DNA of 63,430 nt, the filler included, from Neolecta irregularis DAH-3 (taxonomy: Eukaryota), in assembly GCA_001929475.1 (NCBI GenBank). It is 27 parts of 27 records of this genome, joined end to end, with 100 filler letters (N's around TTAATTAATTAA, not from the genome) between each part and the next. Parts side by side here need not be neighbours in the genome. Positions count along the whole stretch, not along the records: positions 52,694 to 54,648 come from LXFE01001988.1; positions 54,749 to 56,030 come from LXFE01001993.1; positions 56,131 to 57,326 come from LXFE01001995.1; positions 57,427 to 58,847 come from LXFE01001998.1; positions 58,948 to 60,472 come from LXFE01002001.1; positions 60,573 to 61,710 come from LXFE01002002.1; positions 61,811 to 63,430 come from LXFE01002006.1; 20 more parts are not named here. One strand, 5' to 3'. This document shows positions 52,694 to 63,430 of the stretch, piece by piece. The notes beneath the pieces were generated by a model that ran no database searches, was not told the origin of the DNA, and worked only from the letters and a program-made list of their open reading frames with translations. The translations under genes and the position numbers were made by a program. Positions within the stretch are counted from its first letter, which is position 1, and each line of letters starts with the position of its first letter.

Positions 52694-54648
52694 GCTAAGA
52701 ACCGAAATCAAGGACCTGGTGCAAAGGGGATTTATCAGACCAAGTTCATCTCAATACGGGGCAGTTTGTAGGTTTACAAAAAAGAAATCTGGTGACTTAC
52801 GAATGTGTGTTGATTACCGTGACTTGAACGGCAATACTGAAAAGAACTCAACAGCAATGCCACGGATTGACGAGATGATCGATCGCATCGGCAATGCACG
52901 ATGGTTTTCGAAACTCGACTTGGCATCTGGATACTATCAGCAGAGAATCTCACCGAACTCCATACCTTTAACTGGCTTCAAGACCCCTATTGGTCATTTC
53001 GAATGGTTAGTACTACCTTTTGGACTTGGAAATGCGCCGGCGACATTCATCCAGATGATGAACCGCGCATTGAACGGACTCGATTATTGCTGCAATATCT
53101 TCATGGACGACGTATTAGTTTTTTCACCAAGTAAAGAGCAGCATACCATTGATTTAAATAATGTCCTCAAGAGATTAAGGAGTCAGCAACTATTCGTGAA
53201 ACGGAAGAAGTGCGAGTTCGAGAAACAGACTATTGAATGGGTCGGTTTCACTATATCGGCACAGGGCGTTGAGGTCCAGGAAGCTAAGGTATCGGCGATC
53301 AAGGACTGGCCAGTGCCGAAAACCGTCAAAGAGGTCCAAGGGTTCTTGGGCCTCGCTGGATACTATCAAGGGTTTGTCAGTGACTTTGCAACAATTGGTG
53401 CACCTTTATCTGAGCTTACTCGGAAGGATATCCCCTGGACTTGGGGGGTTGAACAAGAACAGGCCTTTGAAACCCTAAAGGTTAAACTTATTTCAACCCC
53501 CGTATTAGTGCAACACGATCCTGAGAAACCATCAGTACTTACTTGTGATGCTTCGGGGATCGGTGTTGGTGCTGTACTCTCTCAGGTAGGGGATGATAGT
53601 CAAGAACATCCAGTGATGTTTATGTCGAAAANNNNNNNNNNCTTCAACCCCTGTATTAGTGCGACACTATCCTGAGAAACCATCAGTACTTACTTGTGAT
53701 GCTTCGGGGATCGGCATTGGTGCTGTACTCTCTCAGGTAGGGGATGATAGTCAAGAACATCCAGTGATGTTTATGTCGAAAAAACTTGATCAACATCAAC
53801 TGAACTGGATGACCCATGATAAGGAGCTATTCGCGATTAATAAAGCACTAGAGAAATTTCGACCATACCTTCATGGGACGAAATTTAAAATTCGAACAGA
53901 TCATCAGGCATTGCAGTATATCCTGAAACAGCCGAAGTTAAATCCTAAGCAAATTCGAATCCTGGCGTTTATGGCGGAGTTTCCTGAGTTTGAAGTGGAA
54001 TATATACCAGGGGCACTAAACCTGGTATCCGACGCACTATCGCGCAAGCCGAGCTTTGAGTGTCAAGCTGTCAGGCTGCAGCAAGACCATACTTGGCTAA
54101 GTCAAGTTAGCCAAGAGTTAAAAGATAGTGAATGGACCTCAACACTAACAGAACTCCAAAACGGACGAGTTATCCCAGACTTCGAATTGGATGATGATCT
54201 GCTGCTCTGGAATAACCGAATTTGTGTCCCAAAAGGATGCAGATTAGCATTACTCCAGGCTTACCATGACGACCCCTCGAGTGGACATCCAGGTCCCAAG
54301 AAAATGATCACATTAATATCGTGACAGTTTTATTGGAAGAAGATGTCAGCACAAGTCACAGACTTCTGTAACTCATGCTCACAATGTGCGCGAGTTAAGG
54401 CCGATACCCGAGGGAAGTTAGGACTCCTAAACNNNNNNNNNNGCATTAATGTCGCGACGGTTTTATTGGAAGAAGATGTCAACACAAGTCACAGACTTTT
54501 GTAACTCATGCTCACAATGTGCGCGAGTTAAGGCCGATACCCGAGGGAAGTTAGGACTCCTAAACCCATTAGACTTACCCGATTCGCGATGGACAGATAT
54601 TACCATGGACTTTATAACTGGACTCCCAGCTAGTGATGGCTTCGACGC
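52694..54648 (+). mobile_element. Relatively young Ty3/Gypsy (Tf-like) pol: RT, RNase H, integrase start
   Basis: LRMCVDYR, LPFGLGNAPATF, FMDD, TCDASG, TDHQAL, HDDPSSGHPG, CSQC and MDFITGLP. A mosaic of copies across 10-N gaps. Confidence 0.95.
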
Positions 54649-54778
54649 NNNNNNNNNNNNNNNNNNNNNNNNNNNNNNNNNNNNNNNNNNNNTTAATTAA
54701 TTAANNNNNNNNNNNNNNNNNNNNNNNNNNNNNNNNNNNNNNNNNNNNCCCACTCCCACAAAGCAACCGCCATACGAC

Positions 54779-54935
54779 CAGTGTTGGGCCCGCGCCATTG
54801 GCTTGGGCTTAGCGCCCATGGGCATAAATAGGCAGTGTGATCAGGGCAGTTACCTAACCTACCTGCCTGTCGACTGTCAATTCAGGCCCATGGGCGCTAA
54901 GCCCAAGCCAATGGCGCGGCCCATGCCCACCACTG
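54779..54935. mobile_element. 157-bp hAT-type MITE with 8-bp TSD
   Basis: TSD CATACGAC at 54771-54778 and 54936-54943. Ends CAGTG...CACTG, with ~45-bp inverted repeats. Confidence 0.92.
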
Positions 54936-55414
54936 CATACGACCCATGATAACACATAGCACCAAAATGTTAGGGTTAATCTATACCTTTGGATGCGGAA
55001 TGATAATATCTATCAGGATTTGAAAGTCACTTTCCCAGTCTGTCATTGAACTCAGATAGCCAGTCACTAGTCTCAGAGCGTAAGTCTACAAACCAAAGGC
55101 TCGAATGCTTGCCAATACTGCAAAAAGGCATAGGAAAATACTGTGGCAATTAAATAAGTGCATATAAAGGAGGAACATACTTGTACTTGGTTTAAATTAA
55201 CAACGCTTAGGCTAGGTACGTCGCTAGAAGTTATACTTGGGCTAGATATTTATTTATCTGTACGTTGGTTACATCACTTGCAATCTTTTGTGGGGAATAG
55301 AGGTAAAGCCCTATTAATTCCACATCAACAATCAAGTTATAACCATGCTATGACTCATATAACAAATAAACTTGCTACATGATATCCTACTAACTGCTCT
55401 CGCTCAGCATTCAA

Positions 55415-55864
55415 TTAATAGGTAAGACCATTCACTATTGCCCAAAACTCAACCTTTGTGCAATTGCCCGCATACTTTTCCTGTTGATAGATACCCTTCG
55501 ACCCCCCACAATCGTAAAATAGACTTTGATTGCCGGCCTTCAATTGAATCAAGGCGGTATAAGGGATGTGGTGTAAACTAAAGGCCGTTTTAGGGACCTG
55601 GGTATCCAAATACGGTGTCGCCACAAGCTCCCCAACATCCTTAGTAAAGTACACCTCATCAGTGGACGTTGCGAGAAATGGGCCCTTGACTTCAAACGAA
55701 AGTGGAGTATTAGACGAAGTGCTAAGCACAGAACTGCCGTCTTCTGCAAAACCGAGGGCATTTCCCCATTTTTTGGAAGTTGGATAATGCGGATTGAGTG
55801 TGAAAGTATCCTGGATGGAGTATGCAGCGACGGCAAAAGTAAGGAGAATATAAAAGAGAGACAT
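55415..55864 (-). CDS. Small secreted protein (149 aa, two C-terminal Cys)
   Basis: Signal peptide MSLFYILLTFAVAAYS. The C-terminal FYDCGGSKGIY...GNCTKVEF resembles fungal cell-wall PhiA/Cwp-like folds (inference). Confidence 0.75.
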   Translation of the reverse strand: MSLFYILLTFAVAAYSIQDTFTLNPHYPTSKKWGNALGFAEDGSSVLSTSSNTPLSFEVKGPFLATSTDEVYFTKDVGELVATPYLDTQVPKTAFSLHHIPYTALIQLKAGNQSLFYDCGGSKGIYQQEKYAGNCTKVEFWAIVNGLTY

Positions 55865-56155
55865 TGTGAATGAGACGAGACATATTGTGCTACCATGTCT
55901 TTTATAGACAAAAGCCCATCCAGTCTCGAACCGTATAGGCTGTTGAACAAAAGATTTGTAATAAACTTGGTTGTTCAATCATTGGTATCTGATTAGTTAG
56001 ATACTATTTTCCATTTACTCATATCCGTAANNNNNNNNNNNNNNNNNNNNNNNNNNNNNNNNNNNNNNNNNNNNTTAATTAATTAANNNNNNNNNNNNNN
56101 NNNNNNNNNNNNNNNNNNNNNNNNNNNNNNACAATAAAAGTAATGTAGGACAGAT

Positions 56156-56610
56156 TCAAACCCAAGCATTCATTCCAAGAGAAATCACCAATCCCAGAGT
56201 CAACAGACTGACACATACCTCGACGGTTCCAACATTGTTTTTAGAGGGTTTTAATGGTGCAGAGGGGTTATTAGTGCTGTTTGCATGGATAGAACTCAGA
56301 GCAGCGGTTAAATTTCCTGTTGTACTTATAGAGTTAGCTTCAAGCGACATTGTTTTCATTACCAAAAAGTGCTATAGGCCTCAAATATCTGAATAATCTG
56401 TGAAGGAAGCTGGTCCTTTTGAGCGCACGATTGACAGGTCTTTGCATTCGACTGATTCTTATCACTGCAGACACAAGATACAGGCGTAGTTGATGATTGA
56501 CAATTGTGGATTGCGTCCTTGAGTGAGTTACAAGTGATCTGGCATGTTGCATCGCTCTGAGCGGCTGCAAAAGAGAGAAGGAAAGCGATAATGAGGGTTG
56601 AAAAGCGCAT
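56156..56610 (-). CDS. Small Cys-rich, probably GPI-anchored surface protein
   Basis: Signal peptide MRFSTLIIAFLLSFAAA. Eight Cys after splicing one short intron (TG|gtaatg...ataag|T). Ser/Thr linker and hydrophobic C-tail. CFEM-like but not canonical spacing. Confidence 0.8.
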
Positions 56611-57426
56611 ATGTTGATAAAGATGAAGGAAATGCAGGTCGGAGGTGAAAGATATCTCGTTTGGCCGATTGTGGAAAGAAAATTACGACCTCGAAGAAGA
56701 GAGAACTTGTTTGTTTGGTGCAGACGGATTGTCTTATGGCAAAGATCTTCAACATTTGTACCAGTTGCAATTCTTCAACAATTTCTCCGGGGACTATATA
56801 CATATTGCACTCGATGGTGTATTCTTGATAGGAGTTGCGCCACCAGCCTCACGAACGCCAAATTGCATCGTCAATCTGATCTCTTGGGATTTACAACAGT
56901 CAGGGATGTAGTAACATTAGACTAGTTCTCCTTGTTTCATACAACCCTCCGCTCAATGCCCCTAAACAGATTTTCAAGCTATCAGCACGAGATCTTGGGT
57001 ACATTTAGTTCGTTGTGAACTACTCCTGCGTCAGAAAAGAACACGACAGCGGTTGCGAAGAGTTCTAGACGTCCATACAGTCTACTGTTGACTTTTCTAT
57101 AATAACGGTGTTCAGAGGAGCAAATAAAAGAATTAGTGTACCGTCCAAGTATACTAGTGGGACTCAAGTTCAAACTGTGATGTGTACAGTGAAATTTCAG
57201 CAGGAGGAGAGAATCGTGCAGGAGAAGAGTTTGGGGAAGAGTTAACGGGCATTATCGATTGCATCACCAACGCTTTCGTCCCAAGCGTGTCGAGCCAAAA
57301 GGTTGTAAAGATCGTCGGGAATCTTCNNNNNNNNNNNNNNNNNNNNNNNNNNNNNNNNNNNNNNNNNNNNTTAATTAATTAANNNNNNNNNNNNNNNNNN
57401 NNNNNNNNNNNNNNNNNNNNNNNNNN

Positions 57427-57684
57427 CGAGATAGAAAACTTAAGGGAGCCATTAAATCAATCAATCGAGCTTTGCTAACGACTATCGGCGCGCGTGGTGA
57501 TATTGCAAGAAATGTATGCTTGACTAGTACACCTCATCCGCTACACTCTGAAATACTCGAGTTTGCTACAAGATTGAGCAAGCATCTGGAGCCTGCGACC
57601 TCAGCATACCACGAAATTTGGCTTACAGATGATTCTGGAAAGAAGCAACAAGTTGCTGGAAATGCTGTCGTCGACATGGAGCCT
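57427..57684 (+). pseudogene. Sulfite reductase beta (Met5/Ecm17) fragment
   Basis: INRALLTTIGARGDIARNV...SAYHEIWL...VAGNAVVDMEP. Homology stops at a small palindromic insertion. Confidence 0.8.
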
Positions 57685-59280
57685 AATGCTTACTTGCTTA
57701 TTTTTGTCCACCGGACTTGCTTGCTTACTTGCTTATAAACAAGTAAGCAAGCAAGTTTTACTTGAACAACTTGCTTGTTAGCAAGTCTGGTCCTAATGCC
57801 TCGTTGTCAACGTCAATATCATATTCGACAGGCCAGAGAATACCACTTGGTGGGTAGGTCTTATTCCTCTTCATTTTTGTTATCTTAGCCAAGCACACAG
57901 TTGCAGTGGGTAACATAACTCGCGGTCCCGATATGCGCCATCAAATCGTCCTATCCGGTCCAGAGCTTGTTAGCACACAGGTTCCAAACTTCCAATCAGA
58001 GTTTACAGTGAGTTTTGACCGCTTTGACAAAGTGTAGGCTCGTGGTAAAAAAATGGGGTTGAAGCTTTGTTGTGCGAGGCGGGGTCTTGTAGCGAAGAAT
58101 CAAGTTATCAAAGAAAAGACTTGACTCGCTATTCAGACAGTATCCTCGTCTATATAAAAGAAACCTTCGCAGTCCTTTTTATCCTATCCGCAGAACACAC
58201 CCTATTCCAAGTGGCTTGGAAAAACAAAGATGATAAAGTAAGTAAGTAAAAATAAAAGATAAGAACTTCTCTAAACTAGATCCAGTGATACAACCGGCTG
58301 CATTTCCCCTACACAAGAGACCTAGGTCGAGCCAGACCGATCCAATGACCTAGTTCTTCAAAGTTAAAATGTAGAAACGCGTAGTTGGTTTTGGCTGACC
58401 GCGTGNNNNNNNNNNCCCAGTGATACAACCGGCCGCATTTTCCCTACACAAGAGACCTAGGTCGAGCCAGACCAATCCAATGACCTAGTTCTTCAAAGTT
58501 AAAATGTAGAAACGCGTAGTTGGTTTTGGCTGACCGCGTGCTGTAGACGTCTAAAAATGCCGCGCAGGATAGTTGATGTATATGATTTGACGATATGGGA
58601 TGGAGAGCGAGGAGCGTTTTGAAGGAGTGGGAGGGGATAACCGTCGGGGTAGATAAGGACACTGGTAGAGGGTAGTGGTGAGGGCGGAGATGAGGTCTGT
58701 CGCTGTAACGGGAAAGTGAAGAAAATGCGTGTTTTCATGTTACTTGCGACAGGCTAGTGTGTTAGCGGGGGATCCGGGGGGGTAAGGGCAAAGGCAAGGG
58801 TTCTTGTGGGCTCTGGTTGGAGGATGCACTTGAAGAGATCATGCTGCNNNNNNNNNNNNNNNNNNNNNNNNNNNNNNNNNNNNNNNNNNNNTTAATTAAT
58901 TAANNNNNNNNNNNNNNNNNNNNNNNNNNNNNNNNNNNNNNNNNNNNAGAGCGGGGTAGAAACAGGCAGGGGAGTGAGACGAAGCGGGTAAGCGAGAGGA
59001 AGAAGGTGAGCGAGAGGAGGCAGGTGAGCAGGAGGAAGCGGGTGAGCAGGAGGTAGCGGGTGAGGGTGAGCAAGAGGAAGCAGGTGAGCGAAACTACAGG
59101 GTCAGTATGAGCGCAGGTTGCAAACATAGTGGAAGCAAAAGATTGGAAGAGTTGTTAAATGGCTGATAATGAGTCATCTGGACCAAGACTTGATAATGGT
59201 GTGTAGGAAGGGTGTTGTGGAAAATCACGGATGTCGCGTTGATTCTGTAGAGGCTGCACATGCATAGCAATTGGTATATC

Positions 59281-60407
59281 CTATAACATAGTTAGTACTG
59301 TAAACAAAATTGAAGGTGTATGTACAGGTTGTTTTCCATTAATAATGGGACAATTGTCCCATGATTTGATGCATTGAAGCATCTCGCCAGTTGCTGCCAG
59401 TAGCCTATTCCGCCGATCAGTAAAATCCCGCTGAGCTGATGAGAATAGCCTCTCAGTAGAAGCCTCCATTGCTGGAGCTGACAGGATATCAATTGCCATT
59501 GTTGAAAGAGAAGGAAATCTGCGTCTCTGAGCTTGATCCAGCCACCAAAGTAGAGGCCCTTGGTGTCCAGGTGGTACTGCATTTGTCCGTAGTAATGCTT
59601 CACTGCAGTAAACATCATACTCACTTTCTTCACTAGTTGTTAGATCATCCATTTGGCTATCCATCCATAGGTTAAATTGATTAGTTGAAGGGCCAGATTG
59701 TTGCTGTTGTAGTATGGCCTGTGTAATAGCCGGAGTTGTTGTTGAAACTTCATAATTAGTATTCCAAAATTGTCGCACCTGCTCTTTGCTATGAATTATC
59801 CATTCTGGGCGATCTTTCCATCTCCTTTCAAAATATGCCCACTTCCATCTTGGGTCAAGAACAACTGCAGCAGCATATGCTGGTGAATCATCAGTTTTGG
59901 TATAATATTCATTTAGCTTATTCCAGCCAGCCTCAATACAGTTGATGAGAATAACATCCCCTGCCCATTTTACCCGATAATTTTCGAAATGTTGTAGTAA
60001 ATATTCAAGAGCTGGAATGACTCGATTAATGCAGTGGTCAGAGGATTCACAAGCCTTAGTTGTATGTAGGAATGGCTCCAGAAATTCGCATATACTCGAA
60101 AGCATTTTCCAGTTCATAGTTGAGAGAAAATCATTTGCTAAATCCGGTTCTTCATCAATAGTATCTTTAATTGCTTGCATAATTTCTGGTTTTAGTGCCC
60201 ATGAAATCATATTATACCATGAATTCCATCGTGTTGAATTATCCCTTTTTAAGATATATCCCTCTTTGGTTCGAGCACGAAAAGCTTGAATTCTCTGGGG
60301 ATTATGCATAACCCAAACAATAATATTATGGAGCTTGCCAAGTGGTCCATATGCATGCCAGTCTTTGATACTATTTAAATCAATTTCTCCTGTATTACAA
60401 TAAGGAT
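59281..60407 (-). mobile_element. hAT transposase, C-terminal part (5' end interrupted)
   Basis: GPLGKLHNII, DNSTRWNSWY, AAVVLDPRWK and the dimerisation domain WW...FPSLSTMAIDILSAPA...ERLFS. Confidence 0.92.
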
Positions 60408-60849
60408 CAGTGCTGTATAGAATCCGTATCAGATTCGATACAGATTCATTGATTCGAATCTGGATTTGGATTNNNNNNNNNNNNNNNNNNNNNNNNNNNN
60501 NNNNNNNNNNNNNNNNTTAATTAATTAANNNNNNNNNNNNNNNNNNNNNNNNNNNNNNNNNNNNNNNNNNNNTGTGTAATTCTTCTAGTTCAGTCTTGAG
60601 TAATATGCAGTCTTTGGAAATTGCACCTGCGATATTGACTCGACTATCAAAGTTGAACGTAATTGTATCGATTTTTGACGTTATTACCGTATTATATCAC
60701 GCGTGATTATTACGGTATTATACGTTAATATCTCTAGTTTGCAAAAATATATTATTCTCAATCTGACACCCTCTACAAAATGTGCAACAAATAATCTGTT
60801 CTCCATCCCTACAACCACAATTCAGAGCTAAACCACGATAACAGTCCTT

Positions 60850-61332
60850 TTATATACTTTCGACTTTTATCTTGGTAGAATCACAATCGCCGAGGCCCGA
60901 GGTTGTGTACATGAAGCCACCGTTACATTTCTCGAAAATTTCCCAGACATCTTTCTTAATTTGGACTGAGAGGTGATGGTCGCCATTGCTTTCGTCAACG
61001 ATCTTGAATGTTGCAGGAGTTGAGCTGATGTCGTGCTGTTCGGAATCGGCAAACAAAATGAAAGTATCTTTCGACGTCGGATCCGTCACAATATGCGCAG
61101 ATATCTTACTAGTTTTCGATTTATCGTACTTCACAAGTGAAGTATCCTCAAAGTAAAAGGTGTCTCCGGCCGCCTCACCATTATCTGCTAACCAGAATGC
61201 ATCGTGATAATTTGTGTTTTGCCAAAGACTAAGCGCGTCGCAGAAAACCCCCGCGCGAATGGCGCATAATTTGTATAATGTCTGGGCCGATTCGACAAAG
61301 GGCAATACAACGAGAAGAATGGAAAACTTCAT
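60850..61332 (-). CDS. Small secreted protein (160 aa)
   Basis: Signal peptide MKFSILLVVLPFVESA. The C-terminal FEKCNGGFMY...GDCDSTKI pattern resembles 55415-55864. Confidence 0.75.
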   Translation of the reverse strand: MKFSILLVVLPFVESAQTLYKLCAIRAGVFCDALSLWQNTNYHDAFWLADNGEAAGDTFYFEDTSLVKYDKSKTSKISAHIVTDPTSKDTFILFADSEQHDISSTPATFKIVDESNGDHHLSVQIKKDVWEIFEKCNGGFMYTTSGLGDCDSTKIKVESI

Positions 61333-62264
61333 TGGTGACGAGAAAACTGCTAGCCAAAGGTGTTTTATCATGATGGCTACACAAACAACCTTATGTGATA
61401 GCCCTCAGGTCCGACATCGTTCAGTTGGCAGAGATCGCAAGTTTTGATACTCAAAGTACAAATAGACCAGATTTAAAGTACTAGCCTAAATGTTGCATCC
61501 AGGGAAAGTATCTAGCCTATATGTTATATCTTAGGCTTCTAATTACATCATGTTTTATCCATAAAGGCCTATTCCGCGCCTCTTGATTCATTGGTAAGGT
61601 GTACACAAGAGGTACATCCGTGCAATCTCCTGGGTCGTCTGACGAAAGCAGGGACAAAGATGAGGATTAGAAATAAGGATGGTGCAACTGGTTCTCTGGT
61701 CATCGGTCTANNNNNNNNNNNNNNNNNNNNNNNNNNNNNNNNNNNNNNNNNNNNTTAATTAATTAANNNNNNNNNNNNNNNNNNNNNNNNNNNNNNNNNN
61801 NNNNNNNNNNGCGGTCTCTTGCTCGGTGAGGTTCTTAGTCGGATATGTGAGTAGCAAGTCTTGTTATTATGCAACTCCGGTGAGGCCTCGCGTTGTATAA
61901 TTATGTTGAGTGGTCACTTGTTGATAGTAACTACTCGTATTGTGATTATAAGTGGTAGGCCTGGTGCGCCCAGGCTCTCATTAAATACCCATCAAAGACC
62001 GCCGCCTTCTCCGTTCTCCCTGCCCATTCCGTCCCTTCCTCTGCTTCCGGGTTCGTAACTTCTATTCGTATTCGGTATTGCCGCCGCAAACCAAACTGGT
62101 GCTCTGTTGCTTTGCTCCGTGTGGGCCGCATAGCACCCACAGTATATCTCTTAGAATAGGTAGTTGTTAGAGAATAGCCTTTCATGATTAGCGCGCAAGG
62201 GCCCAAACACCCGTTCATGCCCGTGTCTCCCAGGCCTGAGCTCCGTAATTTCCCGCAGACCTAA

Positions 62265-62655
62265 CAGCCGGTTCCGCATCCGTTATTGGGTCCGCTTCCC
62301 TTATCTGGTTAGGCTGCCTTTATCCGGTTCCGAATTCCCAATCTGGACGACAGCCACCAATTTCCCCGGATTTGATAACAACCTAGTTCCGCTTCCCTTA
62401 TCTGGTTCTGCGTCCTTTATCCGGTTCCGCTCTCTTAATCCGGAGACAGCCACATTATTTGGTCCTCATCCAGTAGATTGGCTCATATGCCTGCAATCAT
62501 ATACCCATACCAATGCAGTAGGTGGCGGATAAAAGATATAAGGGACATTAGATAGAAATGTATATAAAGGCTGCTTATTCTAAGCTCACACGCCTACAAG
62601 CTTAGATTAAGGAAATATAACCTGATCTTATTGTACTCGAGCTCCAACACTTACA
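62265..62655 (+). repeat. LTR-like sequence with internal tandem repeats
   Basis: Repeated ggttccgcttcccttatctggtt units, a TATATAAA near 62561 and an ...ACA end. The last ~65 bp recur at about 51058-51126. Confidence 0.5.
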
Positions 62656-62656
62656 A

Positions 62657-63424
62657 CTACTCGCGCCGGACTTTTGCGGCATAAGTCCTGCGGTATCCGT
62701 CATCAGTTCCAAGAAGCCAATCGACAGAGGGCAGGCCATAAGCACCGTTGGTAAACTGGTGGTGCCAGTCATGAAACCTGATGCCCGGGATGCCTGGGAT
62801 GTCGTACCCGGAGTGGTGGATGGTAGAACTGAGCAGCGAGTATGAGGCACACAGCCAGAAGGTGATGATGTGGCTGCGGATGATGTATGCACCTGCGATG
62901 ATGGGGAAGACATTGGACAGTAAATGATCTACTGGATGGGCAAACTGTGTGGCGATGGCCACGGGCGCAGTGAACAGGTGGTGCATCTTGTGGAAGCGCC
63001 GATACATGTATTTGGTGTGCAGCAGGCGGTGTGAGCAGTAGAACAGCGCCGGTTTGACAACGAAGCAGATCGCGAGGTCGCGGACCAGCTCGGCGGGTGC
63101 CGGGAGGAGGGCGGAGACGCGGAGCAGCGGCGCGCGTCCAGCCGCGCGCCCGCCAAGGAGGAGGGCGACCTGGAGCGGAGTGGTGACCAGAAACTGGTTC
63201 GTGAAGGCGACGCGCAAACAGCGGCGCATATCTGCGAGCGAGAGCTCGACGTTCGGCTGGATCTTGTACGCGTACAGCACCCGCGGGCGGAACACGTCGA
63301 CCAGGAAAAACAGCAGCGCGGGCAGCCAAAAGCACGTCAACTGCACAAGCTGCGAGCCTGCGAGGACAATCACGGCGGGGTCGTGGTGCGCGACAAGCGA
63401 GGCCCAGGTGGATGCAACCGTCAT
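62657..63424 (-). CDS. Fatty acid hydroxylase / sterol desaturase family (ERG25/FAXDC2-like)
   Basis: His boxes HRLLH, HKMHH, FAHPVD, HHSGY and HDWHH. Intronless. Confidence 0.9.
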   Translation of the reverse strand: MTVASTWASLVAHHDPAVIVLAGSQLVQLTCFWLPALLFFLVDVFRPRVLYAYKIQPNVELSLADMRRCLRVAFTNQFLVTTPLQVALLLGGRAAGRAPLLRVSALLPAPAELVRDLAICFVVKPALFYCSHRLLHTKYMYRRFHKMHHLFTAPVAIATQFAHPVDHLLSNVFPIIAGAYIIRSHIITFWLCASYSLLSSTIHHSGYDIPGIPGIRFHDWHHQFTNGAYGLPSVDWLLGTDDGYRRTYAAKVRRE

Positions 63425-63430
63425 CGCGGG

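Overview
This is fungal genomic DNA, not a contiguous locus. About 27 short contigs (1-6 kb) are concatenated with an artificial N-TTAATTAATTAA-N spacer, so adjacency across spacers means nothing. The gene set and very short introns (about 34-45 nt) suggest an early-diverging ascomycete (Taphrinomycotina, Neolecta-like); this assignment is inference only. Housekeeping genes: SIN3, HEM14, two GT15/KRE2-KTR mannosyltransferases, SWD2, RSP5/Pub1, Pab2, RidA/Mmf1, the PRP8 3' end, a RED-like protein, an arrestin-like protein, a PP28/PDAP1-like protein, a PPR protein and a fatty-acid hydroxylase. Mobile DNA: three Ty3/Gypsy pieces, a hAT transposase, a hAT MITE with an 8-bp TSD, a pogo-like IR element and a telomere-linked-RecQ/DUF3505-type relic. 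Pseudogene fragments: PRP8 (two), RidA, PDR ABC transporter, sulfite reductase, RhoGAP and arrestin-like. Main points of interest: (1) a four-member family of secreted proteins (signal peptide + PAN/apple-like Cys module + conserved phase-2 intron + unrecognised C-terminal domain) with intact, truncated and stub members and shared upstream blocks; (2) a strong CpG->TpG/CpA mutation signature concentrated in repeated DNA; (3) several other orphan secreted proteins; (4) host-gene fragments next to DNA-transposon-like ends.
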